From Eledone cirrhosa (taxonomy: Eukaryota): a stretch of 64,000 bases of DNA. The stretch spans positions 122,326,001 through 122,390,000 of the forward strand of contig OZ024745.1 in the NCBI GenBank assembly GCA_964016885.1, in the 5' to 3' direction. Positions 11,274-23,308 of this stretch are shown here, one piece after another; position 1 is the first letter of the stretch, and each line of letters opens with the position of its first letter. Both the position numbers and the translations under genes were made by a program. The notes below the pieces were generated by a model. The model did not search any database. It had not been told where the DNA came from and saw nothing but the letters and a program-made list of their open reading frames with translations.

Positions 11274-13286
11274 GTGTAGGTGCCATCACGGTAGTAGTGG
11301 TAGTAGTGTAGGTGACATCAAGGTAGTAGTGGTAGTGTAGGTGCCATCAAGGTAGTAGTGGTAGTAGTAGTAGTGTAGGTGCCATCAAGGTAGTAGTGGT
11401 AGTGTAGGTGCCATCAAGGTAGTAGTGGTAGTGGTAGTGTAGGTGCCATCAAGGTAGTAGTGGTAGTGTAGGTGCCATCAAGGTAGTAGTGGTAGTAGTA
11501 GTAGTGTAGGTGCCATCAAGGTAGTAGTGGTAGTGTAGGTGCCATCAAGGTAGTAGTGGTAGTAGTAGTAGTGTAGGTGACATCAAGGTAGTAGTGGTAG
11601 TGTAGGTGCCATCAAGGTAGTAGTGGTAGTGGTAGTGTAGGTGCCATCACGGTGGTAGTAGTAGTGGTAGTGTAGGTGGTAGTAGTAGTGGTAGTGGTAG
11701 TGTAGGTGCCATCAAGGTAGTAGTGGTAGTGGTAGTGTAGGTGCCATCACGGTGGTAGTAGTAGTGGTAGTGGTAGTGTAGGTGCCATCAAGGTAGTAGT
11801 GGTAGTGGTAGTGTAGGTGCCATCACGGTAGTAGTGGTAGTAGTAGTGGTAGTGTAGGTGCCATCAAGGTGGTAGTAGTAGTGGTAGTAGTAGTGGTAGT
11901 GTAGGTGCCATCACGGTAGTAGTGGTAGTAGTAGTGGTAGTGTAGGTGGTAGTAGTAGTGGTAGTGTAGGTGCCATCAAGGTGGTAGTAGTAGTGGTAGT
12001 GTAGGTGGTAGTGGTAGTGGTAGTGTAGGTGCCATCAAGGTGGTAGTGGTAGTGTAGGTGGTAGTAGTAGTGGTAGTGGTAGTGTAGGTGCCATCAAGGT
12101 GGTAGTGGTAGTAGTAGTGGTAGTGGTAGTGTAGGTGCCATCAAGGTGGTAGTAGTAGTGGTAGTGGTAGTGTAGGTGCCATCAAGGTGGTAGTGGTAGT
12201 AGTAGTGGTAGTGGTAGTGTAGGTGCCATCAAGGTGGTAGTAGTAGTGGTAGTGGTAGTGTAGGTGCCATCAAGGTGGTAGTGGTAGTAGTAGTGGTAGT
12301 GTAGGTGCCATCAAGGTGGTAGTGGTAGTGGTAGTGTAGGTGCCATCAAGGTGGTAGTGGTAGTGGTAGTGTAGGTGCCATCAAGGTGGTAGTGGTAGTA
12401 GTAGTGGTAGTGTAGGTGGTAGTAGTAGTGGTAGTGGTAGTGTAGGTGCCATCAAGGTGGTAGTGGTAGTGGTAGTGGTAGTGTAGGTGGTAGTAGTAGT
12501 GGTAGTGGTAGTGTAGGTGCCATCAAGGTGGTAGTAGTAGTGGTAGTAGTAGTGGTAGTGTAGGTGCCATCAAGGTAGTAGTGGTAGTGTAGGTGCCATC
12601 AAGGTGGTAGTGGTAGTAGTAGTGGTAGTGTAGGTGGTGGTAGTAGTGGTAGTGTAGGTGCCATCAAGGTAGTAGTGGTAGTGGTAGTGGTAGTGTAGGT
12701 GCCATCAAGGTAGTAGTGGTAGTAGTAGTGGTAGTGTAGGTGCCATCAAGGTAGTAGTGGTAGTGTAGGTGCCATCAAGGTAGTAGTGGTAGTAGTAGTG
12801 GTAGTGGTAGTGTAGGTGCCATCAAGGTAGTAGTAGTAGTGTAGGTGCCATCAAGGTAGTAGTAGTGGTAGTAGTAGTGTAGGTGCCATCAAGGTAGTAG
12901 TGGTAGTAGTAGTGTAGGTGCCATCAAGGTAGTAGTAGTAGTGTAGGTGCCATCAAGGTAGTAGTGGTAGTAGTAGTGTAGGTGCCATCAAGGTAGTAGT
13001 GGTAGTAGTAGTGTAGGTGCCATCAAGGTAGTAGTGGTAGTAGTAGTGTAGGTGCCATCAAGGTAGTAGTGGTAGTAGTAGTGTAGGTGCCATCAAGGTA
13101 GTAGTGGTAGTAGTAGTGTAGGTGCCATCAAGGTAGTAGTGGTAGTAGTAGTGTAGGTGCCATCAAGGTAGTAGTGGTAGTAGTAGTGTAGGTGCCATCA
13201 AGGTAGTAGTGGTAGTAGTAGTGTAGGTGCCATCAAGGTAGTAGTGGTAGTAGTAGTGTAGGTGCCATCAAGGTAGTAGTAGTAGT
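11274..13286. repeat. ~2 kb compound minisatellite: core gtgtaggtgccatcaag plus variable (GTA/GTG)n
   Basis: Directly visible: dozens of units of variable length, becoming homogeneous towards 12950-13286. Confidence 0.97.
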
Positions 13287-13346
13287 ATATATATGTGTGT
13301 GTGTGTGTGTGTGTGAAAGAGTGTGTGTGTATATATATATATATAT

Positions 13347-13566
13347 AGTTAAAACTTGCACAGGAACAAAAACAGAGAGGCAGTACAAATAATAGTTTAT
13401 TAGGTTCACGCTTTTGAGAGTTGGGGGGAACGACGTTTCGAGCATAAGCCCTTCATCAGGAGAAAAGTGGGTAGGAAGAGAGCTCCGAGGGTGTGTGGGG
13501 GAGTGGTTGAGAGACATTTAGAAAAAGGGGGGGGGAATAAAAGGGAGGAAAAATGATGGAAGAAGT

Positions 13567-13570
<4 letters not shown>
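13347..13570 (-). mobile_element. Penelope-pLTR-like fragment with minimal HHR-like motif (13429-13463)
   Basis: Minus strand CUGAUGA-A-GGGC(UUAU)GCUC-GAAACGUC followed by aataaa. Bounded by (TA)n on both sides. Confidence 0.6.
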
Positions 13571-13634
<64 letters not shown>

Positions 13635-13831
13635 GAGGTTTTTTTTACAAAATGAAAAAAAACGAGATGTCCTACATGAGTGAAAGTATAAGGAAAAAAG
13701 ATGAAATCGAAAATGCAACTGGAGTCTTTTTAAAAATATTTATTTGGTTCCTTTACTGGTTTCGCAGTTTTTTGCTTTTCAAAAGTAGAATTGAGATGGA
13801 GGGTTTGTGGATTTTCTCGCATATATATATG

Positions 13832-13864
<33 letters not shown>

Positions 13865-13868
<4 letters not shown>

Positions 13869-14501
13869 TGTTATATTTGGGGAGGGTCATATTTGCGTAA
13901 TATTGCCAGAATTAATAACAGAACACACTCACTGTTTGGTTGGTTTTCGCTTCTCGCTGTCTTTTATATATATATATCTGCGATCTAACTTACTCGGTCC
14001 TCAATGTTGCCATTGACTGACCGGCGGTCAAAAATAAAATAATACAGATACAATATAGACAAACACATATATATATAGTTTACATAAATCTTTCGTTGCA
14101 CATCTGCAACATCGTCAGTGGTGTTATATTCATTGTTCCTCTTGTTGTGTTGTATGTCTACGCCATTTTTTTTTTTTTTTGTTGGCGTAGACATACAACA
14201 TGGCGTAGACATACAACACAACAAGAGGAACAATGAATATAACACCACTGACGATGTTGCAGATGTGCAACGAAAGATTTATGTAAACTATATATATATG
14301 TGTTTGTCTATATTGTATCTGTATTATTTTATTTTTGACCGCCGGTCAGTCAATGGCAACATTGAGGACCGAGTAAGTTAGATCGCAGATATATATATAT
14401 AAAAGACAGCGAGAAGCGAAAACCAACCAAACAGTGAGTGTGTTCTGTTATTAATTCTGGCAATATTACGCAAATATGACCCTCCCCAAATATAACAATA
14501 T
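13865..14501. repeat. Long palindrome: 302-bp arms (13865-14166, 14200-14501) with a 33-bp spacer
   Basis: Arms are reverse complements of equal length, and the ORF track gives the same peptides on both strands. The spacer is poly-T plus a copy of the 18-mer tggcgtagacatacaaca. Confidence 0.95.
14241..14288 (+). ncRNA. Hammerhead-like core in the palindrome arm (mirror copy about 14078-14125, -)
   Basis: CA-CUGACGA-U-GUUGCA(GAUG)UGCAAC-GAAA-GAUUUA-UG. Perfect 6-bp helix II between the two conserved boxes; helices I and III are weak. Confidence 0.55.
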
Positions 14502-14542
14502 CTGTTTCGACACACGATTTCATATAAAAAACCTCGCAAAAC

Positions 14543-14574
<32 letters not shown>

Positions 14575-15872
14575 GGGTCACGTGTGTATGCAGGAGTGTC
14601 AGCGAGTGTGTATACAGGCAGTGTGTGAGAGTGGATAAAAGTGAGTTGCGTGTGTATATGTATGTGCGTATAAAGGTATGTATTAGTGTGTGTGTGTGTA
14701 TAACCCAGTGGTTTTACATGTATGTATTTTCAGTGTGTGTGTGCAACAATCTCTCTATCTCCCTGTTTATATATACATATATACACATACATACTGAGTG
14801 TATGTATGTGTTTCAGTGTATATGTGCGTATATATTTGTGTAGTGTACAACTGAAATGGACCAAACAAAGTGTATAGAAATGGGAGGGGTTGTGTAATGG
14901 CCCATTAGAGGATGAGAATATGTTGGTTAGTGTACGATAGTTTGGGCTTTATCCATTTTATTTGAGAATTAACAAGATGTATTTAATAAAAGATGTTATC
15001 TTATATTTCATCTATCATATCAGATTCTATTGACAGTATAACTTACGGTTTCAAGTTATGGGACTTAGTAATCCATCCTAAGTAAATTATATTATTCATA
15101 CAGTGGATAATAAAATAAGAATGTGGTATACAATGAAAGCCTGATGTGTTAGGGGAAAATGGACACCATAATTTGAAATCAGCACCTTAAAATTAGCTAA
15201 AAACAACAACAAAACCTAAGTCAGCAAAATGTGTGTTGACCGGTGTAATCAACCAAAGTGGTGTTCTGAGCTTAAATTCTGTTATGGTTGACTTTACCTT
15301 ATATTTTCCTAAGATCAGTTATAATTATAATTTGTAGGAAAATAGAAAAACTCGGCATAAGGAATCTGTTAAAACAGCAAAATGGCGTCGAAATGGTGTT
15401 GGGTGAAACATTACCTCGAAGGACAGAAATCAGCGGCTCAAAGTGAGTTGACTCGAAGAATTGATAGGAATAGAATGGATGAGAGATCATAAACATTAAA
15501 ATACACTCATCAGCTTTCAGACCATCTACAGTTTCAACGATTTGACTGAAAGGACTGCGAAGGATAGGTGGCTCGTAACAATGGAGAAATAGATATGGTA
15601 TAATGTTTGTGCTGGGACAGGTCAGAAAGAGAGAGAGAAATGAACTGCGTCCCACTCGACTTCAAGTCGTCGCAAGAAAAGAACAGTGGCACTGTAAGTG
15701 GAAGGTAGAGGGGAAGAAAGGCAACAGTGAGAGGGAGGGAGAGAAAGAAAAGGAACAGTAAGAAAGAAGGGAGGGAAAGAAAGAACGAGAAAGAGGGAAG
15801 AGAAAAAAACTCACCTTAAGCATGATATCAATCCGCGATAGAAAGCTAAATTAGCTATGATAAGGTATCAAG

Positions 15873-16224
15873 AAAATTTACTCAAATATCGAACTTTGAA
15901 ATGTGAGTGTATTAGAATTTGTAGGAAAATGAAAAAATGGAAAATGGTGTAAGGAATATTAAAACAAGCAAAATGCCGTTGAAACGGTGTTGGGTAAAAC
16001 ATTACCTCGAAGGACGAAATCAGCGACTCAAAGAATTGATAGGAAGGAAGAAATAGAATGGATGAGAGGGGATCACAAACATTAAAATAGTCATCAGCTT
16101 TCAGACCATCTGCAGTTTCAAATCGACATTTTACTGTTTTAACAGCTCCCTGACAGTGAGTTTTTTCCATTTTCCTACAAATTCTAATACACTCACGTTT
16201 CAAAGCTCGATATTTGAGTTAATT
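15873..16224. mobile_element. MITE-like element with ~65-bp TIRs; partial diverged copy of its interior at about 15330-15545
   Basis: actcaaatatcgaactttgaaatgtgagtgtattagaatttgtaggaaaatg is reverse-complementary to cattttcctacaaattctaatacactcacgtttcaaagctcgatatttgagt. Confidence 0.7.
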
Positions 16225-16289
16225 TTGTTTAATTATAATTATTGCTGAAAGGCAAAACTAGTAGTGTATCATTATCATTTCCCTTTACG

Positions 16290-16462
16290 GGCGGTGAATT
16301 GGCAGTATCGGTAGAGGGTTGGACGCCATGCTTTCTAGCATAGTTATGTCCCTTTATAGTCTGAGTTCAAATCCCGCCGAGGTTAACTTTGCCATTCATC
16401 CTTACGGGGTCGATAAAATAAAGTACCAGTAATGGCCTTGTGCCTAAAGTAGAAACAATTAT
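16290..16462 (+). mobile_element. tRNA-derived SINE family A. Other copies about 6832-6985 -, 16917-17125 +, 24890-25096 -, 25450-25565 +, 28110-28280 -, 33775-33980 +, 37640-37955 + (two), 48955-49140 +, 52705-52918 +, 63093-63278 +
   Basis: Box A-like tggcagtatcgg, box B gagttcaaatccc, conserved core aactttgcctttcatccttacggggtcgataaaataaagtaccag, and an (ATT)-type tail. Confidence 0.88.
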
Positions 16463-18539
16463 CATTTCCCTTTATATTCTGTATGTTCAGATTCTGTTGA
16501 GGTGGACTTTCACCTTTCACTGGTTTAAAAAAAAAAAAGTGCCAGTCAATTACTAGATTCTACTAACCAACCCAATTACATTTTTCGCTTCAAATGTGTG
16601 GCCAAAGTTAGTCAACTTTGCCTTTCATTCTCCAGTGGCTGATAAGTTAATACACCAGTCAAGGACTCGGGTTGATTTAATTAACTTGGCCCTTCCCCTA
16701 AATTTACTGCTGTGTAGAATCATTAGATGTGTCAGACAAAAACCCTGCAGTATTCATTCCAGCTCATTACTTTCTGAATTCAAATCTAGTGATGGTCAAC
16801 TTTGCATTTCATCTTCTTGAGATCGATAAAATAAAGCACCAGTAATGCACTGGGGTTAGTTTAATCGACTTTCCCCTACCCCCAAATAGTTGGCCTTGTG
16901 CCTCACCATTATTCATGGGCAGTAGATTGGCATTGTTAGTGTAGAATAAGATGCTTTGCGGAATATAGTTATGCCCCTTTACGTTCAGATCCTCCCATGG
17001 TCAACTTTGCCTTTCATCCTTACAGGGTCAATAAAATAAAGTACCAGTCATACGCTGGGGTTGATTTAATCGACGTTCCTCTCCCCTAAAATTGTTGGCC
17101 TTGTGCCTAAATCAGAAACCATTATTTTGTTAACTGTTGACTGATAAACACATTTGTAAGTGTTGGGGGTTATGACATCTTGTTTTTGTCTGTTTTTCTG
17201 GGATAGGCAACAATAGTTTTATGTCAACAGTCTGAATGTTTTGCACTTATATGAGGAGCGTCTGTTCTTTTTTTTTTTTTTCTTTTGTGGAAGGAACACA
17301 TTCCACTATCTGCCGCCACTAGCTTCAGTTGATGATATATAGACATACACAGAAGTTCTGGTATTTGCAGAGATTCCTCAGTGGTGTGCAGTGGTAGGCG
17401 AATCAGCATTTGTCAATCCTGTCTTTCGGCAGCTCATCAGTTTTTTTTATTTTGTATTTACAGATCTAAGTTAACCAAAAACCAAAATTATGTGTTTGGC
17501 ATTTAGCATGTTGTCATAGTATGTTTCTAGTTGATCAGTATGGCCAGTGAAACCTCCATGTTACTTTTCTATATGGGGAAAGAGGGACATGGGGACAAGC
17601 AAACAGCTGGTCTGTTCTGGCTGTCTTTCAGCTCATGGACTATAGACACCCTCCCCTCATAAAAAAAATCTGAGATAAAAGTTTGAGATATACTCTACAG
17701 GCATGGTAGTGCTGTCAGTTAGGCATGTATGAGAGCAATGACTGAGCATTGTTAACTTGTGGGAGTTATGTTGAACAGCTGTTGTGAGAGAGAGATCACT
17801 CTTGGCTTTCCTTTGGCCAGAAAAGTAGGTAGTTTCCCTGTCTGGTGCCTGAGGCAAAAGCAGCTGTATTGTGGATATGACTGAAAGGACTGACCGTGGA
17901 CACGTTTTTTGCGGGGGGTCAAATCCTTATATTTTTCAAATTTCAATTCGAAGTGCTGCTCACCATTAATTTTGTTGAAAGTTATCTGAATGGCAAACAT
18001 AGTTTGATCCTTCAGCATTTACATTACTCTATATATACTATTGTATTTTTATGGTAAAGGCTTTACCTTACATAATTATCTCACATAATACCAAATCTAT
18101 GAGATTTTGATATTTATTTTGAGAACAATACCTTAACATAAGTGTGAGCAGTCGGTTATGGCTGGTTTGAACAGAAAGAGGTGAGAGAATTCCAGCCCGT
18201 TTAAATGCAAAAGGGTTAAGTGAATGTGTCTTCTATACTCAGCATGTGCCAATAGGCTGGGAAATAGAGGTGGCAGAGGGCTGTATTTCCCAGCTTATTA
18301 GCTGCTAGGCAGGGTAAACCTGGGTTTCCTTTATTGGGCTCTAGATGGCAAACTTCCTCTTGAGACTATTTTATGTATGTATTTAAGACATGGGATGAAA
18401 CGGTAATGGTGGTCCTGCCTCAACTGAATCTCCCAATGAAGATGACACAGGACCATGTCCTCTAGCACTACAACATATGACAAAAGACCCATGTCAATAA
18501 CTTTAACACAGACAAGGGTCATAACTTAAGAGTAAGGCA

Positions 18540-19200
18540 TGACACAGCCAACTGGCCAAAACTCCCTCATAAACTATGGTTCCGCTGTGAGAAGGGTTCA
18601 GTGCGGCCAAGAGTTCTGCTGTGAGAAGGGTTTGATGCAGCCAATTGGTCTGTCTCTCCACTTAGCTGTGCCATCCAGTTCCAGACCCCCAAACTGCAGT
18701 TCTGCTCTGAGAGGGCTTCACCACAGCCAACTGGCCTGTCCCTCCTTTTAGCTATGCCATCCAGTACCAGGCTCCAAAACTGCATTTCTGCTGTGAGAGG
18801 GCTTCGGCGCAGTCAACTGGCCTATCCCTCCTCTTAGTGGTGCTATCCAGTTTCAGGCTCCTAGATTGTGGTTCCGCTGTGAAAGAGATTTAGCATGGCC
18901 AACTGGGCTGTCCATTCCCATAGCAGTGCCAAACAGTTCCACACTGCAAACATGATTGCAGTGCCCAAAATACAGTTCCACTGTAAGAAGGGTTCATTGC
19001 AGCCAACTGGCTAGTCTCTCCTCTTAGTGGTACCTCAGTCCAGGCTCCTGGACTGAGGTACCACTATGAGAAGGGTTTAGCATGGCCAACTGGCCTGTCC
19101 CTCCTCATAATGGTGTCGTACTGGGCTCCAAAACTATGGTCCCACTGTGAAATTGGTTTGGCATGGCCAACTGGCTTGTTCCTCTTTATAGTCGTGCCAT
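18540..19200. repeat. Diverged ~86-bp tandem repeat (about 8 units)
   Basis: Recurrent gccaactggcctgtccctcctc...ccagttccagg...ctgtgagaaggg at about 18640, 18726, 18812, 18898, 19002, 19085 and 19166. Related sequence at 45938-46070. Confidence 0.75.
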
Positions 19201-20482
19201 GCACACCCAAACTTTGTGTATGGCCTGTCCCTACATTTTGTGTAGGACCTGTCCCTGCAATGTCCTTTCATCTATTGTTTTATGGCAAAATAATGAGATT
19301 ATTTTGAATTTCACTTTTGTGTATTAACATTGCAATATATTTTTAGCCAGATTCTGTTTTGCTTTGTCATTCTGGCTGTCATCAATTTACAGGAAATTAC
19401 AAATAATCCTTGGACTGTTGCTGCTTTTCTACACATTTTTTTTTTTTTTAGCTTTCATTGAATGTTTTTCCTGTATGATACAAAAGTGAGAAATATGCCC
19501 CTTCCTTTCATGATGAAGCCAGCTTTTGTTTTGTTGGCCTACAAGTTTTATTATATACAACAAACTAATTAACTGCATTCCATATTTGCAACAATACTAT
19601 ATATATATATATACACATATATATATAGATTTTTTTTTTCTCGGGTCTCGAATAATTCCCACCCTCCTCCCAATTAATTTTTTGGATTTTTTCCAACTCT
19701 GCCCCACTTATCAAATTTTGTTAATTTATTTCCAGCAAAATTTTATTTTAACCCTTTAGCATTTAAACCGGAAATATCCGGCCAGAATTCTCTCACCTCT
19801 TTCTATTCAAACCGGCTGTAACCGGTTGCTTGTACTTGCGTTAAGGTATTGTTCTCAAAATAAATGATATCAAAATCTCATAGATTTGATATTATGTGAA
19901 ATAATTATGTAAGATAAAGCCTTTACTGTTAAATGCAATAGTATATATATTGAGTAATGTAATGTTCCTGCGACAATTGATTTTCTTTATACATTAAAAA
20001 ACATTATACATGACAAAAAAGTACATTAATAGAAATCTCATGTGTTATAAAATAAATAGGATGGGTTGGAGTCTCAATATGTAAAACTAAACGAGTAATT
20101 CTAATTTTTAACAAAAATCAACAGAGACACTCTAGAGAAATTACTGATTCCCCCATACCCTGCTTATTCCAATCCCCCTATTATTTGGGAACCAAAAGTG
20201 GTCATCTGACCTATCACTGCCCGCAATGGGACAACTCGCCTAACCCATGCTAGTGTGGAAAAATGGACGTAAAACAGTGATGATGATGATAATCATCATC
20301 ATCATTTAACGTACATTTTCCATACTAGCATGGGTTAAACAGGCTGTCCTGTTGTGAGAGATCCAGGTCAGAGGACTGTGTTTTGCTCACACAGATCTGA
20401 TTTTAGCTTGGTTTCTATGGCTGGATGCCCCTCCCAACGCCATATATATATTTATATTAGGTACAAGCCGAAGCATATATAC

Positions 20483-20792
20483 AACTGCAAAGTGGTCGTG
20501 TTGTGTTACAATAAAAAAGCACCCAGCCCACACTGTAAAGTGGTCACGTAGGCGCCACGGTACAAAGGCACCCAGCCTACACTGTAAAGTGGTCATGTAG
20601 GCGCCACGGTAAAAAAGCACCCAGCACTCACTGTAAATGAGGTTGGTGTTAGGAAGGGCATCCAGCTGTAGAAATCAAGCCAAAATCAGTTCCTGTATGA
20701 GCAAGACAAGGTCACCTGACCTGGCACTGCCCGCAACAGGACAACCTGTCTCACTCATGCCAGCATGGAACAATGGGCGTAAAACAGTGATC
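20483..20792 (+). mobile_element. SINE-like repeat with RTE-type tail. Many copies, e.g. 9830-10050 -, 22480-22740 -, 35460-35720 -, 38150-38305 +, 38790-38990 -, 44980-45155 +, 46060-46240 +, 56335-56505 +
   Basis: Shared cactgtaaa..ggttggtgttaggaagggcatccagctgtagaaa..cccatgctagc(a/g)tggaa..ggacgt(t)aaa-(GAT)n. The same tail ends the RTE fragments. Confidence 0.8.
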
Positions 20793-23308
20793 ACACACAC
20801 ACACACACCACACACCACACACCACACACCACACACCACACACCACACACACACCACACACACACACACATCACACATCACACATCACACATCACACATC
20901 ACACACCACACACCACACACACGGGATGTGTGCAAAAATTCAATATTAATTTTATATAACAATGGACTGACCTATGGAGAATCTATTTATCATTGCTATT
21001 ACACAATTATATCATTCATTCGAGAGACCTTCTCAAACTTGTTTAAACCTCAGTATGTTGTCATCGATGTTATGGAAGAAAATAATTTATTCTTTATGTT
21101 TCCGTTCAGAAATTAATTTATTTTCTGTTAACATCCCAGCTCCTGGCAGGATTAGAACTTATGTTCAGAGTTAATATCATTAGGAATACCAGGAATCTAC
21201 CAATATTTTTCTATTTTCCTGTTTGAGAAGCCAGTACTCCTATACTTCAGTTCTCTTCTAGTTTTATTTATATTTGAGGTTTTCCTACAGTAGTGAATAG
21301 ATATAATTAGGTGAGGTTATCTATGGTTGGATGGCAAATGTAGACAGAATGAGAATTCCAGTAGAAGTGTTGGGGAAAGTGTTTAATACAGAGTGGGTGG
21401 AAGAAAACTACCTATTTAAAATTGTTAATAACTATTCATTATTGGTCGATTTTCGTAAACAGTTTAGTAGTAGAAGTACAGTACAGTCTTAGAATTCTAC
21501 ATAGTCACCAGTCTATGGTTGTGAGCTATAAACTTCTTCCTTCACACATCACCACAGGAAAAATTCACATGGCATAAAATCAGGGCTTTTTGCTGGCCAT
21601 TCATGTGGGCCTTGACAACCCAACTAACATTCTGGAAACAGACATCAAACCACCCATGGACAGTGCATGCAAAATGAGGAGGGGCCCCATCTTGCATTTT
21701 CTCATAAGGTGGTTAGTTGTTGAGTAAGAAAAGGGGTTTTAAGTAGTCAGAATTATTTCTGCTTCCTTAACCCTTTCAATACCAAGCTGCCTAAAACTGC
21801 TCCTAGTTTTATAATATAAAACCTTTTGGTTTGAAAGTGTTTATATCTATCTAAGACCCTTCCATCATAATTTTATATAATAACCTTTAATTTATGTTGT
21901 GAATATCAGCTTAATGGTGTGGCTATATTGTTAAGGAGTTAACTCTGCAGCCACATGATTCTGGGTTCAGTTTCACTATGCTGCACCTTGTGAAAGTGTC
22001 TTCTATTATAACTTTGAGTTGACCAATGCTCTGTGAATAGAATTTGGTAGACAGAAACTGCAGAAGTTTGTTGTATCTGTGTGTCTGTGTTTATATCCTG
22101 TAGCTCAGTTGTTTGCTATTTATTTTAACAATCTCCTTTTTTTATTTTGTTAGTCTTGAGAAAATAAGTACTCGGGGTAATATGATCGACTAAATATAAG
22201 AGGTGCTTCAGTGTGGTGGCAGTTTAATTTGGTGTAAAGCCCCAAAACAGAGATAAAGGAAAATACAATAGTGTATTTTTTCTCTTATATATTATGGTTT
22301 ACTGGAGTACTGTTTGCTAAATTAAATGGTTATTAGATATGGGGGTTAGAAGGATTAATCCTTTAGCATTTACATTACTCTATATTTATTATTGTATTTT
22401 TGTGGTAAAGGCCTTTATCTTACATAATTATCTCACATGATATCGAATCTATGAGATTTCAATGTTATTTATTTTGAGTCATCATCATCACCGTTTTACG
22501 TCCGTTCTTCCCTGCTAGCATGGGTTAGACGGGTTGTCCTGTTGTGGGCAGTGTCTGGTCGGCTGACCATGCCTTGCTCGTACAGAAACTGATTTTGGCT
22601 TGATTTCTACAGCTGGATGCCCTTCCTAACACCAACCTCATTTACAGTGAGTGCTGGGTGCTTTTTTCCGTGGCGCCTACACGTCCACTTTACAGTGTGG
22701 GCTGGGTGCTCTTTTGCCGTGGCACCTCCACGACCACCTTGCAGTGGGAGGGTGTGAGGGCATGTTGTCTATATGCTTCAGCTTGTACCCATGGGAGGTC
22801 GGGTACTCTGTATTACTGCATGACGCCAGAGGTCACGGTCGTGTGTCATCGCCTTTGAGAGGTGTAATTGGGTAAGGTCGGCTTTTATCACCTCATCCCA
22901 GGTCTTCTTGGGTCTCCCTACTCCGCGGCTTCCATCGACTTCTAGGAACTCCCAGTGCTCTTCTACATTGAATGTCTCTGTCTGTTCTTCTTTACTGTCG
23001 TAGGGTTGAGTAAAATATCTACAATACCTTAATGCCTGTATGAGTGGCCACTTATGGCCTGTTTGAACAGAAAGAGGTGAGAGAATTCTGGCCGGATATG
23101 GCTAGTTTAAATGCTAAAGGGTTAAGTCTGGCATCCCAAAACTCTTTTGACCATTCATTCCTTCATAGAATCCTTAACCCCTTGATAACCCCAAACATGT
23201 GCAAAAATAAATAAATCAGTAAACGGAATATAAAATAGATAGTAAAGAGTAATATATAAATCTGTGAGTTGTATTTTATTGTATTATTTAATCTACTTTT
23301 ACTTCTTA

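Noticed and set aside
11274-13286. CRISPR-like look (constant repeat with variable spacers)
   Set aside because: The spacers are only GTA/GTG triplet runs, the context is eukaryotic, and there are no cas genes.
16088-16125. GAAAC...GUC...CUGAUGA on the minus strand (also about 15505-15540), as a type II HHR
   Set aside because: Only 6 nt lie between GUC and CUGAUGA, so helix I cannot form, and there is no helix II pairing.
17415-17445. Minus-strand CUGAUGA-GCUGCC-GAAA hammerhead-like core
   Set aside because: Helix II is only 1 bp, and I find no helix I/III pairing or cleavage triplet; probably chance.
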